From positions 243,201 to 307,200 of the forward strand of contig NZ_OAOD01000001.1 in NCBI RefSeq assembly GCF_900205925.1: a stretch of 64,000 nt of DNA, written 5' to 3'. Positions 21,241-30,668 of this stretch are shown piece by piece; the first letter of the stretch is position 1, and the number at the start of each line of letters is the position of its first letter. The stretch comes from Clostridium peptidivorans. GTDB lineage: Bacteria; Bacillota; Clostridia; Clostridiales; Clostridiaceae. The translations under genes and the position numbers were made by a program. The notes under the pieces are model-generated. The model did not search any database. It was not told the origin of the DNA and saw only the letters and a program-made list of their open reading frames with translations.

Positions 21241-21925
21241 CTTTATAGCCTACCCCCCATACTACCTTTATATATTTGGGATCCTTAGGATTTATTTCTA
21301 TCTTCTCTCTTATGTTTCTAATATGAACTGCAACTGTGCTTTCTGATTCATAGGCTGGTTCATTCCAAACACGCTCATATATTAACTTAGTATTTAAAAC
21401 TCGTCCCCTGTTTCTAGCCAAAAACTCTAAAATAGAAAACTCCGTTGGAGTAAGCTTTATTTCCACCTCGTCTACTTTAACCTGATGGGTTGCTGTATTG
21501 ATTCTAAGTCCTCCGATTTCAATTTCCTCGGATTTTGTTTCCTTATGTTCAGTAATCATTGCACATCTTCTGAGCTGGGATTTAACCCTTGCCACAATCT
21601 CAAGTGGGTTAAATGGTTTTGTTACATAATCATCTGCACCTGTATTTAAACCAAGTATTTTATCAATATCCTCGCTCTTTGCGGAGAGCATTATTATAGG
21701 AACATTTTTATCCTTCCTTATTTTCATACACGCCTGAATGCCATCCATTTTAGGCATCATGACATCCAGTATTATTAAATCAATCTCTTCTCTCTCAAGC
21801 ACATCAAGAGCTTCAATTCCATCCTCAGTTTTAATAACACAATATCCCTGATTAACAAGGTATATCTCAAGTAAATCTCTGATATCTTCTTCGTCATCAA
21901 CAATTAGAATTCGCTGCTTTTCCAC
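21233..21925 (-). CDS. OmpR-family response regulator
   Basis: Receiver domain (ILIVDDE...D53-type) plus winged-helix C-terminus. Overlaps the kinase start by 8 nt. Confidence 0.9.
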   Translation of the reverse strand: MEKQRILIVDDEEDIRDLLEIYLVNQGYCVIKTEDGIEALDVLEREEIDLIILDVMMPKMDGIQACMKIRKDKNVPIIMLSAKSEDIDKILGLNTGADDYVTKPFNPLEIVARVKSQLRRCAMITEHKETKSEEIEIGGLRINTATHQVKVDEVEIKLTPTEFSILEFLARNRGRVLNTKLIYERVWNEPAYESESTVAVHIRNIREKIEINPKDPKYIKVVWGVGYKVG

Positions 21926-23153
21926 ACTTCAACCTCCTTATAATGAATTCATATATTCCATACCCTGCTATAATGAACACCATAGGCATTATTGGATAGG
22001 AGTATCTTGACATTGTAAAATATGGAAGATAAATTAAATTAAAAAATAAAACTGTGGTAAATATAAATAAAAAGTCTCTATTCCTTTTTATAAAAAGTCT
22101 AATACTTTCAACTATTGCAAGTATTAAAGCCAACCAATGAAAGATGATTGCAGCATAAAAGCTAACCCCCAGGATTTCCTTCCAATAGAATGGAGCATTC
22201 CAAAGATTCCATGACTTCCCGATGGTATACCAGTAAGCATATTTCAATGGTTCTTTGACTGCATAGGTTTTTAGTCTATATAAGCCTGCATTGATCTCAT
22301 TTTGGTTTGTTTCAATTGTTGTTTTACCTGACTTATATGGAGTATAATCAACGCTTTGATCATAATTGACATAGGTTCCCTGTAAAAAGGGATTACCAGA
22401 TGAAAGTGTTAATGGTATAAATTTATGAAAAACCACATAATTTCTAATCCACCATGGGCTCATAACAATTGAAAATGCAAGGGTTGTAACCATTGTGAAC
22501 TTCACCATATCTTTGAGTGTATATTTTTTTATTATCCATATAATAAGTACAATGCCTGGATATGCTGCTAGTGTTGGTCTAACAAGGCATCCAAATCCCC
22601 ATATAATTCCTCCTATAGTATAGTATAACAAATTTTTCTTTTCAATAGCATATAAGGAAACATATATAAGCAGAAGAAGTAAAAACTTAAAGAGTATTTC
22701 AGTTAAAATAACTGTAGTTGCATAGTATTCCGCAATATATAATGAATTTAAGAAGCAACCTAAAATAGCTGCTCTGCTGTTAAAAATCTTTCTTCCTATT
22801 AAAAATATAAGGTACATTGATGCTGCTTGAAGGACAGCTTGAAAAATTCGAAATGCGGTTATTCCTCCAAACTTTCCAAATATCTTTACGAAAAATGCTA
22901 ATGTATAGGGCAGTCCAGGCATTATAAAAACCGTTGGCTCATCGACCCTGTTGTAAATAAAGTGTCCTTTGTCTGCAAGTTCCCAAGCGCTTCTTATATA
23001 TTTAATATCATCGTTATCAAACTTTTCAAAACTTCCAAGATAGTTTTCAGTTCCATATCTTAAAGTTGCATATAGATTCACTATAAAAAATATTGCAATT
23101 ATAACAATTAAACTTATTTTAACCCATTTATCTTCGTTTTTTATACTAAACAT
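21897..23153 (-). CDS. GT-C fold glycosyltransferase (ArnT/PMT, GT39/GT83-like)
   Basis: 418 aa with about 11 TM. DE motif in the first extracytoplasmic loop (RVDEPTVF). Confidence 0.6.
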   Translation of the reverse strand: MFSIKNEDKWVKISLIVIIAIFFIVNLYATLRYGTENYLGSFEKFDNDDIKYIRSAWELADKGHFIYNRVDEPTVFIMPGLPYTLAFFVKIFGKFGGITAFRIFQAVLQAASMYLIFLIGRKIFNSRAAILGCFLNSLYIAEYYATTVILTEILFKFLLLLLIYVSLYAIEKKNLLYYTIGGIIWGFGCLVRPTLAAYPGIVLIIWIIKKYTLKDMVKFTMVTTLAFSIVMSPWWIRNYVVFHKFIPLTLSSGNPFLQGTYVNYDQSVDYTPYKSGKTTIETNQNEINAGLYRLKTYAVKEPLKYAYWYTIGKSWNLWNAPFYWKEILGVSFYAAIIFHWLALILAIVESIRLFIKRNRDFLFIFTTVLFFNLIYLPYFTMSRYSYPIMPMVFIIAGYGIYEFIIRRLKCGKAANSNC

Positions 23154-23172
23154 TACTTTTCCTCCTGCTTAA

Positions 23173-23520
23173 CTATTTAATGGAAACAAAGCACGCTCCC
23201 AATACAATTAATCCAATTCCAAACCATCTGGTTAGCGGTATATTTTCCTTAAAAATTAAAAGAGCAACTAGTGCTGCAGCAACATAGCAAAGGCTTTGAA
23301 GCGGATATACCAGCGATAACTCTGCCTTTGATAAAATATAAAACCATATTATAGTGGCTAATGAATATATAGCTAGTCCTCCAAAGATGTAAGGATTAAT
23401 TATCATCTTTATAATCCCACGAACAGTAAATTCCAAATCCATGCCTGACAGTCCAATTTTCCATAAAGTCTGCCCTACAACAAGGAATATTATATTTAAT
23501 AAAAGCATTAGGTATATCAT
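23173..23520 (-). CDS. small 4-TM EamA/SMR-like membrane protein (ArnE/F-like flippase subunit candidate)
   Basis: 115 aa, 4 TM, YPLQSL motif. Translationally coupled to the upstream gene by an ATGA overlap. Confidence 0.45.
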   Translation of the reverse strand: MIYLMLLLNIIFLVVGQTLWKIGLSGMDLEFTVRGIIKMIINPYIFGGLAIYSLATIIWFYILSKAELSLVYPLQSLCYVAAALVALLIFKENIPLTRWFGIGLIVLGACFVSIK

Positions 23521-23864
23521 CTATTAACCTCACTTTCATTACTGCAGCTTTTAATTATTCCTATCTCCTGAGTAAGGGATGTAATTTTGCTTTGCATTTT
23601 CGATATCACTAAATTTAAATAAAATATCAATATTAAAAGAAAAATAATACCCGTTACAAATAAAAAAGCTGGTGCATAAGAAATTCCAACTTTCCTTGCC
23701 ATATCCTCGGTAAGATTTATATCAAGAGAAAATATAATAAGTGTCAAACTTATTGAAACCCAAAATATACTGTATTTAAAATCAAGCATCCTTTTTTTAA
23801 CGAAATATAATGTGCCAATTAAAAACAAAATAGAAAGCACGAGACAATATGTGTATGGTTTCAT
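23517..23864 (-). CDS. small membrane protein (DUF2304-like, typically found in GT2 operons)
   Basis: 115 aa, 3-4 TM. Confidence 0.4.
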   Translation of the reverse strand: MKPYTYCLVLSILFLIGTLYFVKKRMLDFKYSIFWVSISLTLIIFSLDINLTEDMARKVGISYAPAFLFVTGIIFLLILIFYLNLVISKMQSKITSLTQEIGIIKSCSNESEVNR

Positions 23865-23881
23865 AAAAACACCTCATTTCA

Positions 23882-24562
23882 TTATGGTTGAAGTAAAATT
23901 GCGCATGTAACTTTAATCATGTAGTAAATTGATTTCAATGGTGTAATGGAAGATTTTCCTCCTTGCCGTTTCTTCATATCAACTGATATTTCCTTAATCC
24001 TTACTCCCCTTTTGGAAGCATATACTATTGTTTCAACCTCAGGATAATCTCTAGGATAATATTTGGCGAAAATATTAATAACCTTTCTATTAACAGCTCT
24101 GTAGCCTGAGGTGGTATCAGAAAAATCACTTCTGCATACAAAAGATACGAGCTTTGAAAAAAAATTAATCCCAAGCCATCTCATTTTAGTTGATTCATAG
24201 TCGGTTTTCTCAGCAAACCTAGAACCTATAACCATATCTGCTTCATCCTTTTCAATTGAGTCAATCAGTCTAGAAAGATCCTTTGGATCGTGTTGTCCGT
24301 CTCCATCCACCTGAATTACAACATCATACCCTTTCCTGTTTGCATAAATATATCCAGTTTGAACAGCCCCTCCAATACCAAGGTTTTGTGGAAGATCTAT
24401 AACAAATGCCCCAGCCCTTTGAGCTTCAACTCCAGTTAAGTCTCTTGAACCATCATTGATTACCACCACATCCACCTCTGGATTATTAAATTTTACTGCA
24501 TTAACAACTCTAAAAATATTTTTTTCTTCATTGTATGCAGGTATTGCAACCATAACTTTCAT
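23882..24562 (-). CDS. GT2 family glycosyltransferase (polyprenyl-phosphate sugar synthase, ArnC/GtrB/DPM1-like)
   Basis: 226 aa. AIPAYNEE...INDGSRD and QVDGDGQHDP GT-A motifs. Confidence 0.8.
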   Translation of the reverse strand: MKVMVAIPAYNEEKNIFRVVNAVKFNNPEVDVVVINDGSRDLTGVEAQRAGAFVIDLPQNLGIGGAVQTGYIYANRKGYDVVIQVDGDGQHDPKDLSRLIDSIEKDEADMVIGSRFAEKTDYESTKMRWLGINFFSKLVSFVCRSDFSDTTSGYRAVNRKVINIFAKYYPRDYPEVETIVYASKRGVRIKEISVDMKKRQGGKSSITPLKSIYYMIKVTCAILLQP

Positions 24563-24806
24563 ATAATGCTAACCTCCCCTAAAATTTCCATAATTTTATT
24601 CTAAAGCATATTTTTAAAGAACTTCCTTAGAAATTATTAAGATTTTCGAAAGATACTCGCAATAATATAAAAGTTTTATACTTTACCTTAATCTTAAAAT
24701 ATAGTTATAAATGAACAAAGGCTATTGTTGAAAAATAATACATATTATTGAATATCATGGCAATATTTGTTATTATTGAAATAAGGAATGTGGGGGGATG
24801 ATATTT

Positions 24807-25550
24807 ATGAACAAGTTTAACAAAATTGCTATACCTATGGTGGCGTCAATATTACTTTGCACTTCAAATGTATTTGCTGCAGGAGAAAATCTGTCTGGTA
24901 ATGGAAAAGCAGATATATCCTTAGTAAGTACTAGTCAATTAGCCAGTTCAAGTGATCTTTATACAGTTGATGGAACAGGACAATTCAGCGGCTATAAGAT
25001 ATTAAAGGGCTACCCGAATGAAAATAAGTTCCGGGTTTATTTTTATGGAGATATAAACTCCTATTGTGTTTCATCTCAAGATTTGAGAGGAATTAATTTA
25101 AATGAAGTTGTAACATGGACATACAATGGTGTAACACATAGGAATACTAAAGGAGAATTGTACAACATTTTCTCAGATGCTACTTGGATTAAAAGTCAGT
25201 TGGGAGTAAGTGGGGGTACTCTGTCAGAAGAATGGTTTGAGAAGGTATTTGGTAACACTTATGTAGAATGGTTTGAAGGGATGGCTTATTCTTGTGAAGC
25301 AGAAAGACTTGTGGAAAAGTATTTTGAGAAAACAGGACAATCTAGAATAATTAATAATGTAACACTAACTCCAGATTTTGAATATGAAATAAAAACTGAT
25401 TTTAAAGAAGTAGATGGAGAAACATATTTTCAAGCTTACGATAAACAAGGAAATTTATTAGGCAATTATTCAGATGGTGATGATTATAATCTTATAATGG
25501 CTAAGTATGAGAAACTAGAAACGCTGCCACCAAAGTTATCTGATGGATGA
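24807..25550 (+). CDS. secreted protein of unknown function (N-terminal part; see in-frame TGA finding)
   Basis: Signal peptide MNKFNKIAIPMVASILLCTSNVFA. GGGGGG upstream. The ORF ends at a TGA that is in frame with the next ORF. Confidence 0.55.
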   Translation: MNKFNKIAIPMVASILLCTSNVFAAGENLSGNGKADISLVSTSQLASSSDLYTVDGTGQFSGYKILKGYPNENKFRVYFYGDINSYCVSSQDLRGINLNEVVTWTYNGVTHRNTKGELYNIFSDATWIKSQLGVSGGTLSEEWFEKVFGNTYVEWFEGMAYSCEAERLVEKYFEKTGQSRIINNVTLTPDFEYEIKTDFKEVDGETYFQAYDKQGNLLGNYSDGDDYNLIMAKYEKLETLPPKLSDG

Positions 25551-25565
25551 ATAAATACTAATTTA

Positions 25566-26093
25566 TTGCAAAAAATTTATGGTTTAGAAATTAAGGAAGA
25601 TGGTAATGATCTTGTATTTCAAACCAATCCAATCGTTACTAATTATCAAGAATTTTTGAGATTAAAGCTACCTAATGGATGGTTAACTGACGATACTAAA
25701 GAAGCTAAAGTTAATGGAGTTAAGCTAAAAAAATATACGATTGAAGATAATATGCTTAATAGTGAATGGATTGATAGGCGTACGCTTGATCAAGAATATG
25801 GGATATATTGTGGCATTGGAAATAGCATAAATGATTTTAAACTATATTCCCCATATGATAGCGATACTGGAGTAAGATCAGTACTTTTTTCAGGAACATG
25901 GCCTTCAGAATGGCAAGAAAACAAAAATCAGATTGAGACAGATGTGGATGGACTTCGAATAAAGCGTGAGAATAATTTAGATTATTTTAATGTAAGAGAC
26001 CTACAGAAACTTAATATTCTCCCTAATACAAAAGCAACCAGAGTAATTTATCTAAATATAAAGGACTTACAAGAAATAGGATTAATTAAATAG
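25566..26093 (+). CDS. C-terminal continuation of the preceding secreted protein (no ATG/RBS of its own)
   Basis: Same reading frame as 24798..25550. The only start is TTG and there is no SD sequence. Confidence 0.4.
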   Translation: MQKIYGLEIKEDGNDLVFQTNPIVTNYQEFLRLKLPNGWLTDDTKEAKVNGVKLKKYTIEDNMLNSEWIDRRTLDQEYGIYCGIGNSINDFKLYSPYDSDTGVRSVLFSGTWPSEWQENKNQIETDVDGLRIKRENNLDYFNVRDLQKLNILPNTKATRVIYLNIKDLQEIGLIK

Positions 26094-26103
26094 ATCACTA
26101 AAA

Positions 26104-26146
26104 ATAACAAAAACACTCTCATACAGGGTGTTTTTGTTATTTTTCA
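26104..26146. terminator. bidirectional terminator between convergent genes
   Basis: AACAAAAACAC/GTGTTTTTGTT stem with T-run. Confidence 0.7.
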
Positions 26147-26160
26147 AGTAATGGGAGAAG

Positions 26161-27975
26161 TTACGCTTCAATTTCTTCAGTGAGCTTAACTATCTCATCA
26201 ATTATGCTGCCAATATACTCAATAGTATCAAGAAGCGGCTTATCTGTAGTTATATCTACTCCTGCCATTTTCGCAAGTTCTACCGGTGTTTTGGTTGAAC
26301 CTGCTGCAAGTACTGCTTTCCAATCATCTATAGCTTGTTGTCCTTCTTTTAATATTCTCTTGCTGACTTCTGTTGCTATAGTAAGCCCTGCACTATAAGT
26401 GTAAGAATAAAGTCCCATATAATAATGAGGCTGCCTCATCCAGGTTAATTCTGCTCCGTCAATTATCTTTACCTCATCTCCCCAGAACTTTTCAAGTACT
26501 TCTTTCTTTATTTTACTAAGAGTTGAAGGCTGAACGCTTCCTCCTTCATCAATTATTCTGTATACTTCTCTTTGATAAGCTGCTTCCAAAAGATGAGTTA
26601 CAAAATTATGATAATAAGTATGGCCAATCATTGAAGATAAAACCCATCTTCTAAACCTTTTATCATTATTAGTCTTTAAAAGGTAATTTGCCATAAGAAG
26701 CTCATTCATGGTGGATGGTGCTTCTACGAAATACATAGAAACATCTACATCAAATATATTTTGACTTTTATTGCATAATCTGAAGTGACCTGCATGTCCA
26801 AGTTCATGAGCTAAGGTAAATACCTCTGCCATCTTTTCACTCCATGATAGTAATATGAAAGAATGACTTCCATAAGGACTTGCACAGAATCCTCCTGTGG
26901 ATTTCCCCTTATTTTGCGCAAAGTCAATCCATCTCTCATCGTAGGCTTTTTTCACCATTTTTAAGTAATCATCACCTAATACAGCCAAAGCGTCTTCAAT
27001 ATATTTTTTAGATTCTTCTATAGTTACATTAGGGTCATATTCCGGATCCACTGCAATCTTCAAGTCTGCAAAAGTCATTTCATCAAGTTTGTGTATTTTC
27101 TTTAAGAGTTTTGCATACTTTCTCATATGAGGTGCCAGTTTCTCAGTTATAAGATCTATCTGTCTGTTATATAAATCGCTATAAACCTTTTGAGGGAACA
27201 GTAAACTATCTATAACAGAGTCAAAACCTCTTAAGGCAGCTATATTTTTTTCTTTCTGCACTTGAACCTGATAAGCTGCAGCTGTAGTATATTGATATTC
27301 TCTTAATTTATCTGAAAATGCTTTAAAAGCATCCCTGCGCACCTTTGCATCACTTTCATACTCATATTCATTTTCGAAAAGTGCATAACTAAGGGGATAT
27401 TCTTTTTCATCTACAGTAAAGCCTTTAAAATCCATATCTGCATGCTTAGCTTGCTCATAAACTTGATAAGGTGCCTCCAAAGTTCCAGATAAAGCAGCTA
27501 ATACTCTTTCTACTTCTGGATGAAGTGCATGTGCCTTTTCCCTTTTTTTGTCCTTTAAATAATTGCTGTTTTCTTTGGAAGCACTTATTGCAGCATCTAA
27601 AACCTCATCATCAGCTTGGATGATTTCACTTTTTATAAAACTTAATCTGCTTTCAATGTCGGATATTATATTTATCATTTTAGAATATCTATCCTGATTT
27701 TCATTATTTGTATAATCCACTGAAACTAAAAGCTCTACATAAGAACTTGTAAGGCCTATAAATTCATATAATTTTCTTAGTTCATCTAAACATTCATTAA
27801 TCTTGCTTGCTGTATTCAATTCACCTTTATATTCTTTTTCAATCTTCAAAGCAAGCTCTTTCATCTCTTTTACAGCTGATTGAAATTTTTCATCTGTAGC
27901 ATAAATAGCAGATAAATCCCAAGTAAGTGCTTGATCTATATCTTTTCTCTCCTTTAGAACTTTTCCCATTAACAA
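26161..27975 (-). CDS. pepF: oligoendopeptidase F (M3B family)
   Basis: 604 aa. HELGH zinc-binding motif. Confidence 0.9.
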   Translation of the reverse strand: MLMGKVLKERKDIDQALTWDLSAIYATDEKFQSAVKEMKELALKIEKEYKGELNTASKINECLDELRKLYEFIGLTSSYVELLVSVDYTNNENQDRYSKMINIISDIESRLSFIKSEIIQADDEVLDAAISASKENSNYLKDKKREKAHALHPEVERVLAALSGTLEAPYQVYEQAKHADMDFKGFTVDEKEYPLSYALFENEYEYESDAKVRRDAFKAFSDKLREYQYTTAAAYQVQVQKEKNIAALRGFDSVIDSLLFPQKVYSDLYNRQIDLITEKLAPHMRKYAKLLKKIHKLDEMTFADLKIAVDPEYDPNVTIEESKKYIEDALAVLGDDYLKMVKKAYDERWIDFAQNKGKSTGGFCASPYGSHSFILLSWSEKMAEVFTLAHELGHAGHFRLCNKSQNIFDVDVSMYFVEAPSTMNELLMANYLLKTNNDKRFRRWVLSSMIGHTYYHNFVTHLLEAAYQREVYRIIDEGGSVQPSTLSKIKKEVLEKFWGDEVKIIDGAELTWMRQPHYYMGLYSYTYSAGLTIATEVSKRILKEGQQAIDDWKAVLAAGSTKTPVELAKMAGVDITTDKPLLDTIEYIGSIIDEIVKLTEEIEA

Positions 27976-28099
27976 TGCCCCCTTTTATATATCTTCAACG
28001 CAACTTACATTTTATACCTTTTTATTCGTTCAGTCTACTTAAATTACTTATAAGTGTTATCTATTATGCAATATTATAGGAACCCTTTTATTTTGGGTT

Positions 28100-28195
28100 G
28101 TACACTTAAACGGTTCACCTTTTGTAATTCTAAAACCTTACAAAATACAAAAAACCGTACTAGATTTTTCCAATACGGCTTACGGTTAACCTAAT
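28100..28195. repeat. dispersed intergenic repeat, copy A (core ACGGTTCACCTTTTGTAATTCTAAAACC + hairpin)
   Basis: 28-nt identity with copy B at 52246..52273. Shares the TACGGTTCACC core with copies C-F. Confidence 0.7.
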
Positions 28196-28202
28196 TTTAA
28201 TT

Positions 28203-28622
28203 CTATATACGAGGTGTAACTCCAGTTATAATTAATGTTGACCATTCACTATCTTCATTATTAATCCACTGGCATTCCACATCTAAATATTTAAGCCATG
28301 CATTAAGTCCATAACTTTTCTTACTTATGTTAGGAGATTTTCTGCCATGATGTTCTTTTATAACCTCTAGCAATTTAGTTTGCTCATCCTTACCTAACTC
28401 TTTATCTACTAATTCTAGTACTACTTCAAGACATTCTGTATATGCTCTTCCATCCCCAAGATAAATTTCATCTGAATAAACTTGTCTTTCCTTATTTAAA
28501 GCATCAATAATTTCATTAATTTCTTCTTTATTAGATAAGTAATACTTTGCTCTTCTTAAAGCTTCAATGTCTCCATCTAATTTATTTATCTTCTTCTCTA
28601 AACTTTCTTTTATCATAAACAT
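28203..28622 (-). CDS. hypothetical protein
   Basis: 139 aa. No recognised family. Flanked by dispersed repeat copies A and F. Confidence 0.45.
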   Translation of the reverse strand: MFMIKESLEKKINKLDGDIEALRRAKYYLSNKEEINEIIDALNKERQVYSDEIYLGDGRAYTECLEVVLELVDKELGKDEQTKLLEVIKEHHGRKSPNISKKSYGLNAWLKYLDVECQWINNEDSEWSTLIITGVTPRI

Positions 28623-28865
28623 ACTCTCTTTTCATATATTAATTAGTCTTCATTAAATACATTAATAAAGACCAATTAATTATACCAGTAATAATATATT
28701 ATTACTATTTATTTTTATATTTAAATTTTATTATTATTTAGATATAGATTTTTATACACTAAGTTATACATAACGCTTACTAGTTATATTGGGAGGTGAA
28801 TAATATGACTTATGTATTGTGCGGGAACATAATATATTATAATTTTTCTCTTTCTTTTTTAGTTG

Positions 28866-28910
28866 TCCTTGTATACGGTTCACCGTATAACTTTTAAGTG
28901 AGTTTTTCCC
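28866..28910. repeat. dispersed repeat copy F (TACGGTTCACCGTATAACTTTTAAGTGAGTTTTTC)
   Basis: Near-identical to copy E at 50709..50760. Confidence 0.6.
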
Positions 28911-29007
28911 ATCTTATTCCTCTGTATATATTCTACATAATTATGATATATAGTTGAATGTGAGCTATTGGCATCACTCACCTTTCTTTCGGAAGGAGGT
29001 GGTAATT

Positions 29008-29181
29008 ATGAGTAACGATGATTTAATGTTACTATTTACAGCAGCTTTATTCTTAATAGCACTGTTAACATTTGTAGTGTTACTTATAGAAAAAATCCCA
29101 GATGGTTCTTCTACTCTATCTGAGATTTTTAAATATTATTTTATAGTGGTGATCCACAATATTCGCATTCTACAACACTAG
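29008..29181 (+). CDS. possible 57-aa hydrophobic small protein
   Basis: Strong RBS GGAAGGAGGTGG 7 nt before the ATG. One TM segment. The 3' end overlaps the convergent gene and its terminator, so it may be spurious. Confidence 0.3.
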   Translation: MSNDDLMLLFTAALFLIALLTFVVLLIEKIPDGSSTLSEIFKYYFIVVIHNIRILQH

Positions 29182-29767
29182 TAGTTATCTTATTTTGAGC
29201 TCCACAACATTTACATGTTACAACTTTCGCCTCAATTTTTGACTCATAGTTAGGTGTAGTCTCATTGATATTTCCCTTACTTTGTTGTGGTAAAACTATT
29301 TCGTTAGTACTATTATTTATATAGGCACCTTGGAAATATTCATTATTAATCATATCATTTAAATCTTTTCTTACAACATTTGTAGGTAAAGACATAGCCT
29401 CTGCAATGTTATCTATAATAAGTTGTTTTTCATTTGTAATTATAGAAGTATATTTTTCATATTTTTCAGCCTTAAAAGCAAGTTTTTTTGAAAGCCTAAA
29501 CAATGCTACTCCTACAACAAAAAATAATATAGTAGGTGCAATACTTTCTTTTGTATTATCTGAGGAGGTTAATGTCACTAATATACCTACTGCAGTCATA
29601 AGAAAGCAGAAATATGATATATATCTTGCAAATCCCCTCTTCTTATTAATGTTAATTCGCTTGTATATTAAGTACATTCCAAATGGCCAAAACACTATAA
29701 TAAATATTATAATTACAGGCCAAGAATATAGTGTTTTTACTTTCTTTTTATAATCATTATTATTCAT
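29141..29767 (-). CDS. membrane protein with 3 N-terminal TM segments and a C-terminal CxxC...CxxC zinc ribbon (paralog 1)
   Basis: 208 aa. C-terminus VVTCKCCGAQNK...CEYCGSPL. 60-70% identical to the downstream paralog. Confidence 0.6.
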   Translation of the reverse strand: MNNNDYKKKVKTLYSWPVIIIFIIVFWPFGMYLIYKRININKKRGFARYISYFCFLMTAVGILVTLTSSDNTKESIAPTILFFVVGVALFRLSKKLAFKAEKYEKYTSIITNEKQLIIDNIAEAMSLPTNVVRKDLNDMINNEYFQGAYINNSTNEIVLPQQSKGNINETTPNYESKIEAKVVTCKCCGAQNKITTSVVECEYCGSPL

Positions 29768-30005
29768 TTATTTTCTCCAATACCTTAGAATTTATATTGA
29801 TCCTTTTTTTATACTCTTCATCTTTATATTTCTTTTTTTATAAGAAAAGAAAGTTCTTTTAAATACTCTGATAAATTTTACTTAATAGTTCTTTATATTC
29901 ACTGTACTCACTATCATTATTTATTATTATATATAGTAACTTAGCAATTAAATATAAAAACCTCAGATAGTCCTTCTACTCTATCTGAGATTTTTAGGTA
30001 TTATT

Positions 30006-30644
30006 TTATAGTGGTGATCCACAATATTCGCATTCTCCAACACTAGTAGTTACCTTATTTTGAGCTCCACAGCATTTACATGTTACAACTTTCGCTTCAA
30101 TTTTGGACTCATAGTTAGGTGTAGTGTCATTTATATTTTCCTTATTTGGTTGTGGTAAAACTATTTCGTTAGTACTATTATTTATATAAGCACCTTGGAA
30201 GTATCCATTATTAATCATATTATTTAAGTCTTTTCTTACAACATTTGTAGGTAGAGACATATCCTCTGCAATGTTATCTATAATATATTCATTTTCATTT
30301 ATAATTATAGAAATATATTTCTTATATTTTTCTGCATCAGAAATAAGTTTTTTGGAAAGTATATACAATGCTACTCCTAAAACAAGAAATGATAAAGTCA
30401 CTTTAAAATCTTCACTCATGAATCCGTTAACTAAATAAACTATTGTCCCAATTGCAACGATAAAGAAGCATAAATATGACAAACATCTTACAATCTTACC
30501 AATTATAAACCCTGCCATCTTGTCAATTTTAACTCGCTTATATACTAAGAATATTCCTACTGGCCAAAATACTATAATAGATATTATAATTACAAGCCAT
30601 GAATATAGTGGACTTATCTTCCTCCTATAATCATTATTATTCAT
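30006..30644 (-). CDS. membrane protein with C-terminal zinc ribbon (paralog 2, tandem duplicate)
   Basis: 212 aa. Same architecture. The 3' end and downstream terminator (29955..30095) duplicate 29090..29230. Confidence 0.6.
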   Translation of the reverse strand: MNNNDYRRKISPLYSWLVIIISIIVFWPVGIFLVYKRVKIDKMAGFIIGKIVRCLSYLCFFIVAIGTIVYLVNGFMSEDFKVTLSFLVLGVALYILSKKLISDAEKYKKYISIIINENEYIIDNIAEDMSLPTNVVRKDLNNMINNGYFQGAYINNSTNEIVLPQPNKENINDTTPNYESKIEAKVVTCKCCGAQNKVTTSVGECEYCGSPL

Positions 30645-30668
30645 TTATTTCCCCCTATACATTAAAAA

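Noticed and set aside
25548-25550. In-frame TGA read as selenocysteine.
   Set aside because: There is no SECIS-like hairpin immediately downstream. The local context is AT-rich and unstructured.
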